A DNA stretch of 64,000 bases, taken from Bispira polyomma (Eukaryota). Below the pieces are notes generated by a model. The model worked only from the letters and a program-made list of their open reading frames with translations, was not told the origin of the DNA and did not search any database. The position numbers were made by a program, and so were the translations under genes. Shown here one piece after another: positions 14,197 through 27,840 of the stretch. Position 1 is the stretch's first letter; every line of letters begins with the position of its first letter. The DNA is taken from NCBI GenBank assembly GCA_965649765.1, contig OZ287752.1, forward strand, positions 13,020,001-13,084,000, in the 5' to 3' direction.

Positions 14197-14371
14197 ACCC
14201 ATTTATAATAATTAAAAGCATCTCAACTTGGCAAAACTCTACGAAGAGGTCGTCCATGACTCTTGATAACTCTTGGCAGCTGTTAAACAACTCCTTATAA
14301 CCCATATCAAGATTCTGCCAAGAGGCATGTAGAGTTGATCAAGAGTCAAAATTTGTTGTGATAAACAGGGT
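14197..14371. mobile_element. About 175 bp MITE
   Basis: Imperfect terminal inverted repeats ACCCATTTATAATAA / TTGTGATAAACAGGGT; internal inverted blocks GACTCTTGAT/ATCAAGAGTC and CTCTTGGCAG/CTGCCAAGAG. Confidence 0.55.
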
Positions 14372-15387
14372 TTAATAAATAGGTATTTTAGTATAAAATG
14401 TAAAAGACATCTCAACTCACTAGGGTAAAGTTCAGTTCATCAAATCAAATATTATAATAATAAACCTTTAGGGTTGAGAATAAGACCAAAGTTTTGCAGA
14501 AGCAAGAATTATAGCAGTAAACATATTTTCAAATTTGGTGAGGCTAGCTTCAGTAACTTTACCGTGAGAGCATTAATGAAAAAAAATATATAACTGTGTG
14601 TAACCGCATATATATCAAAGTATCTACCATACGTCAAACAGATTATGAATTGGTTAAACTTCATAACAATGAATATATTAACTACGCCTGATATGATCAT
14701 AAAACGTATTTAACATGCTCAATATTGATGGTATGTGGCAGTTACAAATTTTGACAAAAGTTACAAACAATTGGAAAAGAGATATATGATTTTACAAAAA
14801 ATATTAGTTCTTAGAATTTAAAATTTTTTGATTTTGGAAATAATCAATTTGAGATTGGCGGAGGTCATAACAAAGTTTCAGCAAAACTACTACAAATTAT
14901 CGTTTTCTACATGCTATTGACTGTGTGTGTGAGGTTGTCTGATTGAACTAGTGTTGATTCTTTGTGGGTTGTACAATGATAATGTCATTCAAGTAGTTTG
15001 GTGCCAGTTAGTTATAATACTGTAACACCACAAAATTTGCTTTAAATTTATTTTTGTTTTTGAAATTTTTAAATTTTAAGTCAAAATCAGAAGCATAAAT
15101 GACTATGGTTACATAGATTGCTGAACTTTTCATGAAATATATTTACTTAACAGTAGAACAAATATAAAAATATGATTCTCATGGTCTTCCAGGATAAAAA
15201 ACCTTAGCTTAAAGGTTAAGCGAATATTATTTAATATCAAGATTAGACAACAATGTATGCTGATTACGAATTATTAATGAAATTATAATTAAACAAAAAT
15301 TAGTAAATTATATGTACGACTTATTGTCAGTAGACTCAAATCCAGTTATTAGTTGAGTGCATGCAATATGTTATCATCACAGTTGTT

Positions 15388-15390
<3 letters not shown>

Positions 15391-15454
<64 letters not shown>
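15391..15454. repeat. (AT)n microsatellite
   Basis: Direct observation. Confidence 0.95.
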
Positions 15455-15457
<3 letters not shown>

Positions 15458-15501
15458 ATTTAAGTTTTGTTGTACATCTGTAGGTTTCCAACAGCAATTC
15501 G

Positions 15502-18500
15502 TCAGTTAATGGTTTCATATGTCACTTGCTGCAATGACAATGTAATATATATTGAAAGTAATAAGAATAATAAGTTGAGTTACAAACAATTTTAACAAAT
15601 TTTTACATGGTAAGTTATGCAATTTGAATGCAATTATTGAGTATCAATAATGTGATGTCCATACCTTCAAATCTAAATACTCAGATGGTGGTATTGGTTC
15701 CTCTGGTTTTGTCATCTCATAGTTGCTGATTGTATGTGTAGATGTCACATTTTCATATGTTGTTGAACTTTGATTCTTAAAAATATTTCACAATTAAATA
15801 ACAACATGTCGCCAGAAGAAATGTAAGTAATGTAAACTTACTAAAGAAAAGAACACACATTGCATATGACACAAACTATCTTTTCAGTCATGCAAGACGG
15901 TAAAGCATTGTTATTCTTACTTACTGAAGTCCATTTGGTAGTGTCACCATTCTGGTTCTGTCTCCTTTAAAACAAAACAATCAGGCCCACTGTAAGTAAA
16001 CCAACTATGGTAGAAAGAACTGCTATTCCTATAATTAATCCGATGTCAACAAGATCTGCAGAAGGGGCTGAAAAGGAACCTTAAAATAAAGGCCTACAAT
16101 TCTAAACAATAATATGTTTCGACTGTCAAATACCAATTATGTACTTTTATAGTGTAGGAGTTTTATTATCCTATATAAAAAAAGGGTTGTCTTTCACAGG
16201 TCAACTTACTTTTGTCAATTATAGTAAATTGCTGGACTGTTACTTCATCAGCATCCTGATATATTACAAGGTAGTAGTCCTCTCTATCATATACTATGTT
16301 TACTGCATACATTGTAACATTGGCATCCGTAATCTTGTAAATTGACATGCAATCTTGTCGTCCAATGTAACACTTTAACAAAGAAGCTCTTGTCTAGTCT
16401 CCATCTATGTGTTCCGAGAACAAGACCACAATATCTTCATATATTTTTGCCTCCAATATCCCTCTCAATAATGGTAGACCTCAGATCAAGTAAAACACAA
16501 TATGAGTAATGTAAATCATGTAATGGTCATTATATCATATATGCATTCAAATGTATTTATTTGCTGGTATTTGAAGTGTTTGTTAATAACCTTTCTTGAC
16601 TTCAAAAGTACAGCCAACCAGCCACAGTAACTGTCATTCTGCTCAAGACTGCTTAAGACAGAGAATTAGTCATTTAACCTATTTCCTCTAAGCGAGTGGG
16701 TTACCCACTTTGCCACAGAGGCAAATTTCCACTGTTTTATTCAATTATGTCTGACAACCCCACTAGCTTGGGACCAATTGGTGTCTATGGCATGAACATA
16801 TACATATATATTGTTACATAGCATATTGAGTATATAACACAATATGGAGAATATATTCTAATTTAAAGGCTCTTAGGACAAAAATATACATTGATTAATT
16901 AATAATAGTGACATAGCTAAATAGATGCAGGTACCTAAAGTTATAACTGATATCTCTGGCTGGTGATCACTTTCACCATATTGGTTTTGAGTTTGAACCC
17001 TAAAGAAGTACTCTGTATCAGGTAATAAATTTGACACTTTGTACATAGTTCTCTTGCTATGTTTACCAGTCTGAATTCCACCATAATACAGTATTTTAGT
17101 GTCCTTTTGATGTCTGGAATACACTCTAAATGTTTGTTTTACAGTACTTCTGCCGGCGATATGGCAGTTATGGACTCAAATATAAAGGAATGTGGTGGTT
17201 CTGAAACACCTGAAATACAAGCAATAGGACAAATTTTCCAATGAACATAACTAAGATTGAAAATGTTGGTAAATAACAATACTAACAGTAGGCAATGATA
17301 ATTAGAGCACTGTAAATCAGTATTGTTCTGTTAGCATAGATAAAAAACATACTGACAGTTTCTGGAATGTGGCGAAAAGCTATGTTAAATACCATACAAA
17401 ACATGACCAGCAAATAATATTTGCATCAAATATAAACTTCTTCTTACAGTGATATATATAATGACATAAATACCAGATCTGAAGTAATTTCACTTCATCT
17501 CAGTCACTTGGGCGACACAGTGGGACTGATAACTATGTTACCATTTCAAAAAGGATGGAAAGGAAAACAAATGTCCAAGATCCCAACTACGAATGAAATT
17601 TATTACAAATAGTCCTTTAGTCAGTGGCCAAAACTGGCGACCATCCGTACTAAAACAGGTTCCTTGTCATATCTTTGGTTTTTAAGATTCTGTAACACTT
17701 TTTTCCAGATATAATCACAAAACATTTCCAGGATGTAAACAGAGTAGACAATTTATGAATTCTAAAAAATCGATTTTCTATTTGACCGCTGTGAAATATA
17801 CCTCTTTTCAGTAATTGTAGTGAAAAACAAACAGGCTGTTGAATACTATTAGTCACAGTAACTGTACACTCTGTGCAGTCCTTATTCTCTCTCAGGTAGA
17901 GCCTAAGATGTGGCATCTTTATATTTAGGTTCAAACTCCCAGAACTGGCTTGTCATTTCCACAGGTTTACCAACCTCAATGGTACAGCTAATTACAAGCT
18001 GTAATCCTTCTTCCATGGTGTCTGATGCACTCTGAGCTGATACTTCTGGAGGATCTGTTTGAAACAGAGAAAGGAACATCATACTAAATATTTAATTGTG
18101 AAGCAACTGATTCAAACAGATTTATTTCTGGAATTTAATAGCAGTAACATTTCCAGATAATTACATCTCATGAACTGAAATGCTCAAAGTATGAGATAAA
18201 ATTTTAAAATACAATGTGTATTAGTTCATCCCTGTAAAATCTACATTGTATAACTTATAATTATTCATAATAAACAGTATTGCAGAAATGTTATAAAACA
18301 TCGTGCAAAATTTAACAAGTTTACTTCTTCGTCAGTAACTTTTCAAAATAAATCCTGCATATTATACAATGACAAGTAGAAAACGAAAATAGGATTATAT
18401 GTCCAGTATCTTTAAAATATGTCATTCTTCAATAACAATATAATTTTATCAGACCAAACTTACACAATACACTAATTCTCAGCTTTTCAGACTCCACATC

Positions 18501-20535
18501 ATATTCCCACCCCGAGTACAGATCATTGTCATCAGCTCCGCAGTAAAACTGGGCTCCATTATATATCATCCTTGGTAACAGTAAGCTCTTACTCCAGTGT
18601 TTTGGCTGTCACCTGTTCTAGATGTGTAGCTACTCCCTGTCTGTACAACCTCAGTCTACCTGCAGGATTACTTCTGCGTCAAAGGTCAAGGTAAACAGAG
18701 TATTCTCATTTACCGGTGAGGATGGAGAGGCAGTAGGTTTACTCACTGATGATGGTACATCTGGAATTTAAATAGTACTTTACTCAATAAGGCAAATATT
18801 ACCTTGAAAATTATTATAAATCTATTAATCAATATCAAAATTTGGTGTTTGGTATGATTTTTAAGCCTTAATTAGCATTGAATGTGTATAGGTTGTCTGA
18901 TTAGAAAAATATCTTTGGCTAAATTTATTCAAGCATAAACTCTATAAAGATGGCAACATAAAAAGTTTGTTGTGAATGAGCCACATTATTGCTGCTAATT
19001 TATGACTATAATTACATCAGTGAGATCTTGACTAATAATGAACAATAATATTTAACATAATATAAAGAACAAGGTCAATAGTGACACTAGACCATGTATC
19101 TGTCTCTTAAAGAGGCTTGTTTTTACTGATATGCGAGCGTATCGTCAGTAAAAGCATGGTCAATGGGACAGACATCTTGGTCCATACTGACACAGTCACG
19201 AGAAAATTTATATGTGCTCATCTAGTAAATGTACAGATATATTTTACAAACAATGAAAATAATTAGGAATTGTCTCAATTTAATGTAGGTGTATATCAAC
19301 TCCAGCTACATGAACCACAGCTGCTCCACAAAGTCATGGTCAGGTATTTCGTCCACAGTGCGCACACCCTTAAAAAAGTAACCCTTTATGTTCACAAAAA
19401 ACTCCCAATACTCTAGTTTGTGAGGTAGCCCTGAGGGGGCTAGTGTATTCTTTCTCTGGTATTAAAAGCTCTACTTATTTTATCTTGTTTCTGAACACTA
19501 TGATTTATCTTACATTTACCAATTTTAAATTCCAAATTCTAGTGTAGTCATGCATATTTACTTTTTATCATGGAAGTGAGAAAGATGACTAGTAAAATTG
19601 ATAGGCTGAGGCAGGCTCAAGTTAAAAAAATGGTATTATAAAAATAGCAATAAGAGATGGAAGACACTCTACACAGGATGGCTTTGGGTACACCCTCAAT
19701 TACATTACCTATGATAGAATGACTCACAATAGCAGGGGCAAATGAAATAAATTCAACATGTCGATGTAGCAATGAAAAACATGAGATTATATATGATAAC
19801 ATTGTGAATTTGAAAGATCAAAATCTTGCACAAGTTAATTCAATGTTATCTGATTTATTATTAAGGATACTGGTTTATAATAGCATGACAATATTTCAAA
19901 CTGGAGCTACTGTACCCCATATTTTCCCAGTTAAATCAAACACATTAGTTCCTTGATCTAGGCTTGTCATCTCTACATAACATACAAACTGTTCACCATT
20001 AGTCAGTATGTCCACATCAGCCGGTGATTTGTACCACTGAATTCATACTCTACATGTCTTCCAGTGAACATACTATCCAATGTGCTCTTGCCCTGTGGTC
20101 CATAGTAACTAACCACACGACTCGAAGTAGCTTGATTATACCAGTCAAGTGTTCTGATGTCACTTTTAAGTAATCCAGAATCACAAACCAGGGTCATTGA
20201 GTCTCTGTGTAAGATGTAGAAAGTGGAGCCAGAACTGTAAGGACTTCTATAGTCAGTACTTACTGATACTTCTGCATATACTAGTGACCTCTGTGAAATA
20301 ACAAGTTTGTGTAAAGTCATCAACCATATTTGCTGAATGTATCTGTATATGTTGAGTAATTGACTATTATAAGACATAATTAATTGCATACAAACAGCAA
20401 TTGTAATAATGTTTACCAATTGTAAATTAAAGCTAATAAATAAACCACACAATACACATTAAGAAATATGATACAAATTATATGTTCAATTACTTACCAC
20501 TGAAAAGTGTTAGCAAAAACACCCACTGGACTACG
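15502..20535 (-). pseudogene. IgSF receptor copy B, pseudogene
   Basis: SP remnant without ATG about 20498-20535; Ig1 about 19916-20292 (internal deletion); Ig2 fragment about 19652-19742; Ig3 18464-18760 (frameshifts); Ig4/5 absent; fused Ig6/Ig7 17802-18054; FN3 16935-17209 (19 nt short); FN3-like 16210-16479; TM 15925-16067 (TAA after helix); tail 15665-15775 and 15502-15528. Confidence 0.85.
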
Positions 20536-21924
20536 GGTTAAGAAATGATAACATAGCATTCATATTTCTTGACTACATACATATATGTACCTCAATGTTT
20601 ATGGTACAAGTATTATGTTATATGTGGCATCAAAAAACATACAAGGAAGTTAATTCACAAATAGTAATCCAAATAGATATCCAAATATATACATTTTACA
20701 GGTCCCCCATTTAGGTCGGTATTTCATTTTTGTTATAAAGTGGCCTCCATCTTTTAAAGGGGTTGCTGAACTTTTCATCACTACAGTTTATTTTTAATAG
20801 AATTTCTTGCTCATTAAATAATTTTGTAAACCTAAACTCAGTGAGATTGTGTAGACCATTTGAATGGACACAGGAGAATAGGTATTGTTTCATTAAAATA
20901 TAAAGTTTATAGGTATGAAGTCCTGGTCATATTGTAAGTAGCCCATGATAATATTTAACAAGGTCACTGGTGTACTGAACTTAATTTTGCCTTCTATCCA
21001 TTTGCTTATTAATTTTAAAATTTCTTGATTTTTTCACAGTACTAGAAAAGATGTGTTAGAGATTCCTCATTTTTACTGCACAATCTGCCTTTGACACTTA
21101 GTTTGCACAGCACAAATACTTTAGTGGGCTACTGACTCAGTTACACCCCACAACTCTATTTCACATTATTAATACTTATGTTTGTTACACTTTTTGTCTA
21201 GCCCCCACAATTTGCTAGACCAATCATTAGTTAGCCTTCTCTTAATCAGACTTTTTAGCCGCAAAATCAATCACCATATTAAATCTGATACACCAAGGGT
21301 AAACACTGAAAAATTCCCAACTCCACCCCTTTGTTTCCTTCTTTTTGTGTGTTCATGTATCACACACACTATTTTCCCATTAAGGCTTCACAAGGCCACT
21401 GGGTCTCATTTTCATAAGGATATGGTGACACTATTGTGCCATGGCTGTGATAGTTACCTTGAACGAAACATGGTGTGTGCCGTGCTGGGTAACTGGAGCT
21501 CAGGCACCAAGTGGAGGATTCTGTCTCCTATACGTCCTCTTAGTGCATAATTTATGAGCAAGAGTTGGGAGGCAGGACCCTCTGATAAGCGATTGCATAA
21601 TGTGAACAGGGTGTAATTGTTACTCTGCTTATTTCTATATGATTTCACTCTCTGCTTATGTCCGCAATTGTGGGCTTTAATACATTCTGTTACAGAACAA
21701 AATTTAATATTCATGGCATGTCCTATGATAGTGTGTTAATACGCTAGCTGATATTTTAATGATTTTAAATATTAACTTTATTGTGGTGTACATTATTATA
21801 TGTTAGACTATAATGTAACCATCTTTATTCATGTTGTAACTGATGGTCCTAATACACCTGTGTGGGTTTATTTTAAAATTTATTTCACTCCTAAATTTTA
21901 ATATACTTTACTCCTATATTTACA

Positions 21925-22470
21925 CTCCTGTACATAGATGCTAACCTTGTACAAAATAAAATGCCAAAATTATTTTTTACTGTCTTCAATCTGATATCTT
22001 TTGCCATTGCATTCACCTCTAAACTGAATTTTGAACTTAGTGGAAACTGCTAATTCCATTTTCAATCTTAGCTTCTTTGTTCAAATAATTTTTTTGAGTA
22101 TTATGTACTGAAACCATCTTAATGTGTTGTCATTGACAGTTTAGAAACATGCCTTATAAATACTTTTCCAAGTCAGCTCATCTATATGCAAAGAAAGGTC
22201 ACGAGTCCACTTAAATTTCATTTTCGATTTGTCACATGTTTTTTCCAGAGCAAGATACAACCTTTGCTCCTTTATTTGATTTTCCCACAAAAATATTTAT
22301 ATGGAATAGAAAGTTGTTACAATTTTTTTATTTCATGGGCCGTTTCTAAAACATGTGACTAAACAGTATGTCCACCATTTTAATTCAAATTTCCATTTCC
22401 GGTTTCAATAGCTAAATTTTCATTTGTTTTCTGTTTAGTTTATATTTTTAATATATTTTGAAATTTCCAC
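21925..22470 (-). mobile_element. L1/Tx1-like LINE 3' ORF2 fragment
   Basis: Degenerate minus-strand reading with KWLRDLSL..TWKSIYKACF..LRWFQY.I motifs of L1-clade ORF2 C-termini; boundaries approximate. Confidence 0.55.
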
Positions 22471-23131
22471 TCCCCTCTTTATCCAATCCAACCAACAATA
22501 GAGACATTTATATTTTAAAATTTTCATTGCGAATGCCACGGATGGGATCTCGACAGGTATATATCAACAATATATTTTTATTGTTTATAAAAATTTTGTG
22601 GGATTGTACCTGTTTAGATTGTACCACACCTGATTCGGTTAGCAAGACCCTTAATGTGGCAAATGTTTAACATAATATTAAAAAATGATTCAATAGTGAC
22701 ACTAGACCGAGTTTTGTGTCTCAGAAAGAGCCATGTTTTTACTGATATGCGTGCATACCATCTGTAAATCAAAACATTGGAGATCTCGATCTCTATTGAC
22801 ACACAGTAAAAGCCAATTGATTATTTTTTTTGCAAACGAGAACTTTGAAAGGAAATTACAACTAGAAATTGTCTTAATTTAATGTAGGTGTATACCTACT
22901 CTAGCTACTTCACAAACCATAGCTACTCCACAAAGTCATGATCAGATATTTCGCCAACAGTGTGCACACCCTCAATAGAGTGACCTTTCTAATCACAAAA
23001 ACTCCCAATACTCTAGTTTGTGAGGTAGCCCTAAGGGTTATAGTGTGGTATGTGTTGTACATTAGACGGTAGTGATTTGTAAATGGTTGGCCTAATTGAT
23101 GAAAACATTAATGGGCAGAATCTGACAATCT

Positions 23132-23896
23132 AAAGCAAGAGAAACTAGCATTCTGAGTGTGAATGAATGCTAAAAATGATATGCAGTTAAATAAATTGGT
23201 TAATGCCTACTGGGTGTATTGCTCCAATATTCCACATCCACCACTTTTTCAACTTTTTTCTGTGTTCAAGATTAGGAGTGTTGTATTTTAGAGAACACCA
23301 TTCCAGAATTGAGAATCTCAGATCATTAACAGAATGTCCCTTATCTGTAAAATGTTTAGACACAGGGGTTGATCTGCTTTCCTTTGGTTTTTTTACTGAG
23401 AGAATGTGTTCATACATTCTTGATCTGAATGCACGCCCTGTCTCACCCACATAGTATGTATTACACTTTCTACAAGTGATTAAATATACTATGTCACTTA
23501 GCTCACAACTTATTTGTCTGGATAATTTGACGAGTTTGTGAGTCTTGTTGGACACATTGCACTTTACTGATGTGTCTTTATGGATCAATTAACAATAAGT
23601 GCATCTGTCTAGTCTCGTGCAGTGTTTGCATCAGAGAATTTCTCCTGGGGAAATGGAGTGTCTGGTCTTCTCAAGTCCAGTTCACTTGACTGTATGTCTA
23701 ACCTGGACACAGCACTAGTCACAGTGGTATGACTGGCATCAGTTGAAATCACACTCATTGTAGAAAATACAAAACACAGGAATATATGTGTGTCAGTCAC
23801 TACTACTAGATCACTTAATAGATTGTGATAGGCCCATCACAATCTATTAAGTGATCTAGTAGTAGTGACTGACACACATATATTCCTGTGTTTTGT
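23132..23896 (-). mobile_element. Penelope-like element, internally deleted (N-terminal stub fused to GIY-YIG endonuclease)
   Basis: ORF 23187-23588 with IVYLITCRKC..YYVGETGR..RMYEH..HF..GH..ILE..PVGIN (PLE GIY-YIG). 15-bp TSD AGAATC(T/G)GACAATCT at 23117-23131 and 23897-23911. Terminal 62-bp inverted repeat. Confidence 0.85.
23187..23588 (-). CDS. GIY-YIG endonuclease domain of a Penelope-like element (fragment)
   Basis: VY-x-CxxC-YVGET motif; preceded by an RCTYC remnant. Confidence 0.8.
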   Translation of the reverse strand: MIHKDTSVKCNVSNKTHKLVKLSRQISCELSDIVYLITCRKCNTYYVGETGRAFRSRMYEHILSVKKPKESRSTPVSKHFTDKGHSVNDLRFSILEWCSLKYNTPNLEHRKKLKKWWMWNIGAIHPVGINQFI

Positions 23897-23897
23897 A
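23768..23897. repeat. Perfect 62-bp inverted repeat with 6-nt loop
   Basis: Arms 23768-23829 and 23836-23897, loop AGGCCC. Confidence 0.95.
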
Positions 23898-26252
23898 GAA
23901 TCGGACAATCTTTTGTACATTATTTTGAAGTCAATTGTTTGCTGATTCCAGTTGATGTTTTGTGTACCTAATGTCTAGGCATGCATTATGTCGTATTCAT
24001 CTACCTTTAGCTGGTATTCAAAGTGCTAATGATTTTTACATACAAAATTTCATAGTCATGCGAATTTGCATTTGATCATCCAAGAGGGACAAATCACCAG
24101 TAAAATTGATAGGCTGATGCAGGCTCATGTTTAACAAATTGTTTTCTTGAACACGTTCATACCATGTACGGTTTGTTCAAAACATACACCTTTTCAGAAG
24201 AATGATGAGTCCTATTGAGTTTTAAAGCCATATTTATACAACCTGTCTGGCTTGTGAATGTGGTAACACCATATTGCAAAAAAGTAAATAATACAATGCT
24301 AATTGGGAATGTAGTGCCACAGTTATGAACAGATAAAATGCAGTAGTGCTGCAAATATACTTGCTGAACTCAAGTAATGGCACGTTTTACAATAATGCTC
24401 GTAGTTTGCGCATTACAAGCTACTTACTCATTCAAGTAAATTTTCAGTACCCATTAATCACATTACTATCTCTATACCCAGTGAACAAAACAAATTACAT
24501 TTAAAACTTTGAGGCGTAGAAGATGGTTGTCAATCATTCCTGGTTTCCTCTTTTTACCGACCACCCATCCCTTTTCTAGCCATCTTCACACAAGAGTTAT
24601 CCGAATTCTTTGAGACCCTCAACCTTCTCCCATTTGAAGCTGTTATCCTTGGTGATTTCAACATCAAGGTCGATATAAAAAATACTGTAACAAAAGATTT
24701 TATTAACCTCCTCAACACTTTTGGTTTCTCACAGTTCATTTAAAGTTCAACCTACCTCCACAATCATATACTTAATCTGGTAATTGCAAGACCAAATTCA
24801 AATCTCATCAGTGAATAATGGGTTACTGACGGGATTTTGCATCATCTATCAACCTTTGCCTATTTAAACCTGCCGGTACCTGCCTCATAAAAACATTTTG
24901 TCATAAAATACAGAAATATCAGAAAAATCAACATTGATAAATTCAGAGGCGACATCCTTGCATCCAATCTCATGAAACATCCTTGCAAAAATGTGAATAG
25001 CCTCAGCTTGCAATATAATAACAGCCTTTCTACTGTCCTAGATAAACATGCTCTGTGGGTATCTAAAACCCTTCCCCTAACAAGCTCCCATGAATGGACC
25101 AATGCCGTCATTACAGAGGCTAAAAGACGCAAACGCCAACTCGAGCATTAATGACGTCGCACTAAATCCTCTTTTGATCGAAGCCAGTACCACATTGCCA
25201 CAAACAATTTCAACAGGCTAATATCTAGTGCCAAAAAGGAGCAGTATGACTCTATCATCAGTGACAATAAAGACAATCTCAAAAGGCTATAGGCCTCCAT
25301 CAGTAAAATTCTGCATCGAACATCCGCGGAAGTTCTCCCCATAAACCACTGTTTCACATTTTTAGCAGATAAATTTGGAAAAAATTTTGACGATAAAATC
25401 AGCAACATTCGAGATGGTTTTTCAAGTATGTATCACTTCTGTCCTCCAACCCCAGGATATAAGGTTTCTAGCCTGCTACATTTCAGCACACTCTCCAAGC
25501 AGGATGTTCTAAAACTCGATAAGAACTTGATAAGAACCAGCTCAATAACTACAGACCGGTGTCAACTCTCAGCTTTGTCTCAAAACTTATCGAGAAAGCT
25601 GTAGCAAAACAAATTTCTAACCACCTAAACAGACAAAACATTGAAAATCGTCACCAAATTGCTCACCGAAAATTCCATTGCACAGAAAGTGCTTAGAGTA
25701 AAACGAATTAAATTAGATGATCACCTATCATCCTCCATTAACCTACCATACGGAGTATCTCAGGCATCTGTCCTTGGGCCTCTACTTTTCACCCTTTGTA
25801 CACATCCTCTCAGCACTGTTATCAATAATCATAATATAAAACACTACATGTATGCCGTTGACACTGAAATCTATCTCTCTCTCAACCCTCAAAACGCAAA
25901 TAAAAATATTGACATACTCGCAGACTGTCTGTCGGCTGTCCAGGCATGGATGAACTACTCCAAACTTTAACTAAACCAGGAAAAAACAGAATTCATTCTC
26001 ATTGGAAACAAAAAAACAGTGAATACATAAAATCTTTGTTTCCAATCTCCCTTCTGAGAAAAGACATACTACCTTTCGAAAATGCTAAAAACCTGGGTGT
26101 CACTATTGATTTAGCTTTTTCGTTTGATACTCATATTCCCAACATCTGTCGTTCCTGCTATCCGAAACCACCTGTCAATGGACACTGCGATAACTGTGCC
26201 TAACTCCCTTGTGAGCAGCTGCCTCGACTACTGCAACTCTCTTCTGTATGGA

Positions 26253-27840
26253 GTTTTTTTTGTTTTTTTTTTCATATATATGCTACACAACAGAACTGGT
26301 ACATATTGTAAACAGGTATATAGTTAGTATATAATTATACGGGTTAAAAACATGCAACTTCTTACAATGCCAAAAAATAAACTTTTTTAGATATACGCAT
26401 TAAAGAATTGCTGACCAATAACTGACCAAAACGATCTTGAAAAATATTAGTTTTACCATTTTTAATAAAAATAGAATGTTCTATTTTACGTTTACTGTTT
26501 AAAACACAGAGGAATTTAAAAACAGGAGAGTTCCTTGCTATCTTTCTTTGATTGGTAAATATAGTATTTGCCAATTAAAATTGTGTAATTCACACTAAAT
26601 TAATATTTTGTATCAACAACATATTAATCCAAATAGTATTTGCAATACTCTAAAGTTTACATTAACGGACATAGATACTAATAACTAACTCTCAACTTGT
26701 TTCCAGAAATTAACAGCTTTGCTGCAATAAAAAAAATAGTGTTCAATGTTATCAATAGACATACAACTGTGGAACAGTAGGGACTCTTTTATATTCCAAA
26801 TAGACAATTTATAATTACATGAAAAGATTCTCTGAAGGATTTTAAACTGAAGGCTAACCAAATATGTATCTTGCAAGATCTCGGATGGCAACAAGTAGAT
26901 ATTATGCCAGTTCATAGTTTCTAAAAATGGGTAGTATTCTATCGATTTATTTTGACTAGCTGTGATATGGTGTAAGCTCCTTATAAGATAGTTATAAACC
27001 TGTGCGCTTTTTAACTTTGTTATATCTTCAATGCACTGATTTGGCACATTTTTAATATAAATTGACCAGTTATTGAATTTAGGCACTTTCTGAATTCAGA
27101 GGATACAGCACTAATTATTCTATTGTATTTCATTTCAGAAATTGTTATATTGATTGTCTTTTCCAAGACTACTTTGGGGGCTGTGGAGGCCTAGTGGTTA
27201 GCAAGCATTGAGCTTCACAATCACTGGTGTCTCACCTCTGGGCGACGTGAGTTCGAATCCCGTCGATGCCTATGTGGGAAAGGTGGTAGTTCCTTACTGT
27301 GGGCCGCTGGTTTCTCTGCAGAACCTTGACCGACTGTGTGCAGTGTTTTCTCCAGCGTTTCCAACTATCCGTCCCAATATAACCTACTAAAAGGTACTAG
27401 AGTGGACGTTAAATATCCAAATTCAAATCCAAGACTACTTTGCTTTTGAATGTGCATTCATTTTCTAATATATCAGACACCACAGTTATCTCATTGCTGA
27501 GCCATTCAGAGTATTTAACAGAAATAACCTGTTTGCCAATTGTAAAGAGGTCATTATAGAATAAAGGTTTATTCAAAAAGTCGTCTATATTTTTTGGCTC
27601 TGATCTCATAAAGCTGTACCAAATTGACAGAAGATCTTGATAAAATAAGACTTTTGTTTTTTTTCAATCCTCGCGTACCAATATTTCCTTAATAGATGCT
27701 TTTTATCAATGCCCATAAGTTTTTCTGCAACTTTTTTCCATTTTGAATTGTTGCTGTGTAGATATCTCTTAATCCACATTATTTTTGCAGTTTTGATTAT
27801 ATGAGTAATTGATACCATTTTTAAGCCACCACTATCCACA
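26253..27840 (-). mobile_element. 5'-truncated L1/Tx1-like LINE inserted in the L2
   Basis: Poly-T (tail) from 26254; TSD TTCTGTATGGA at 26242-26252 and 27841-27851; GGLKM..WIKR and DNIEHYFFYC motifs. Confidence 0.85.
27177..27427 (+). mobile_element. Full-length tRNA-derived SINE
   Basis: A box GGCCTAGTGG, B box GTTCGAATCC; 15-bp TSD TCCAAGACTACTTTG at 27162-27176 and 27428-27442. Confidence 0.9.

Noticed and set aside
21182-21550. ORF with a CCP/Sushi-like look (VTLLC..MVCAVLGNWS)
   Set aside because: First and last Cys of the domain are missing, there are no convincing splice sites and no paralog in the window; likely chance.
27177-27275. tRNA gene
   Set aside because: A and B boxes are present, but it continues into a SINE body with tail and TSD; no proper cloverleaf or terminator.
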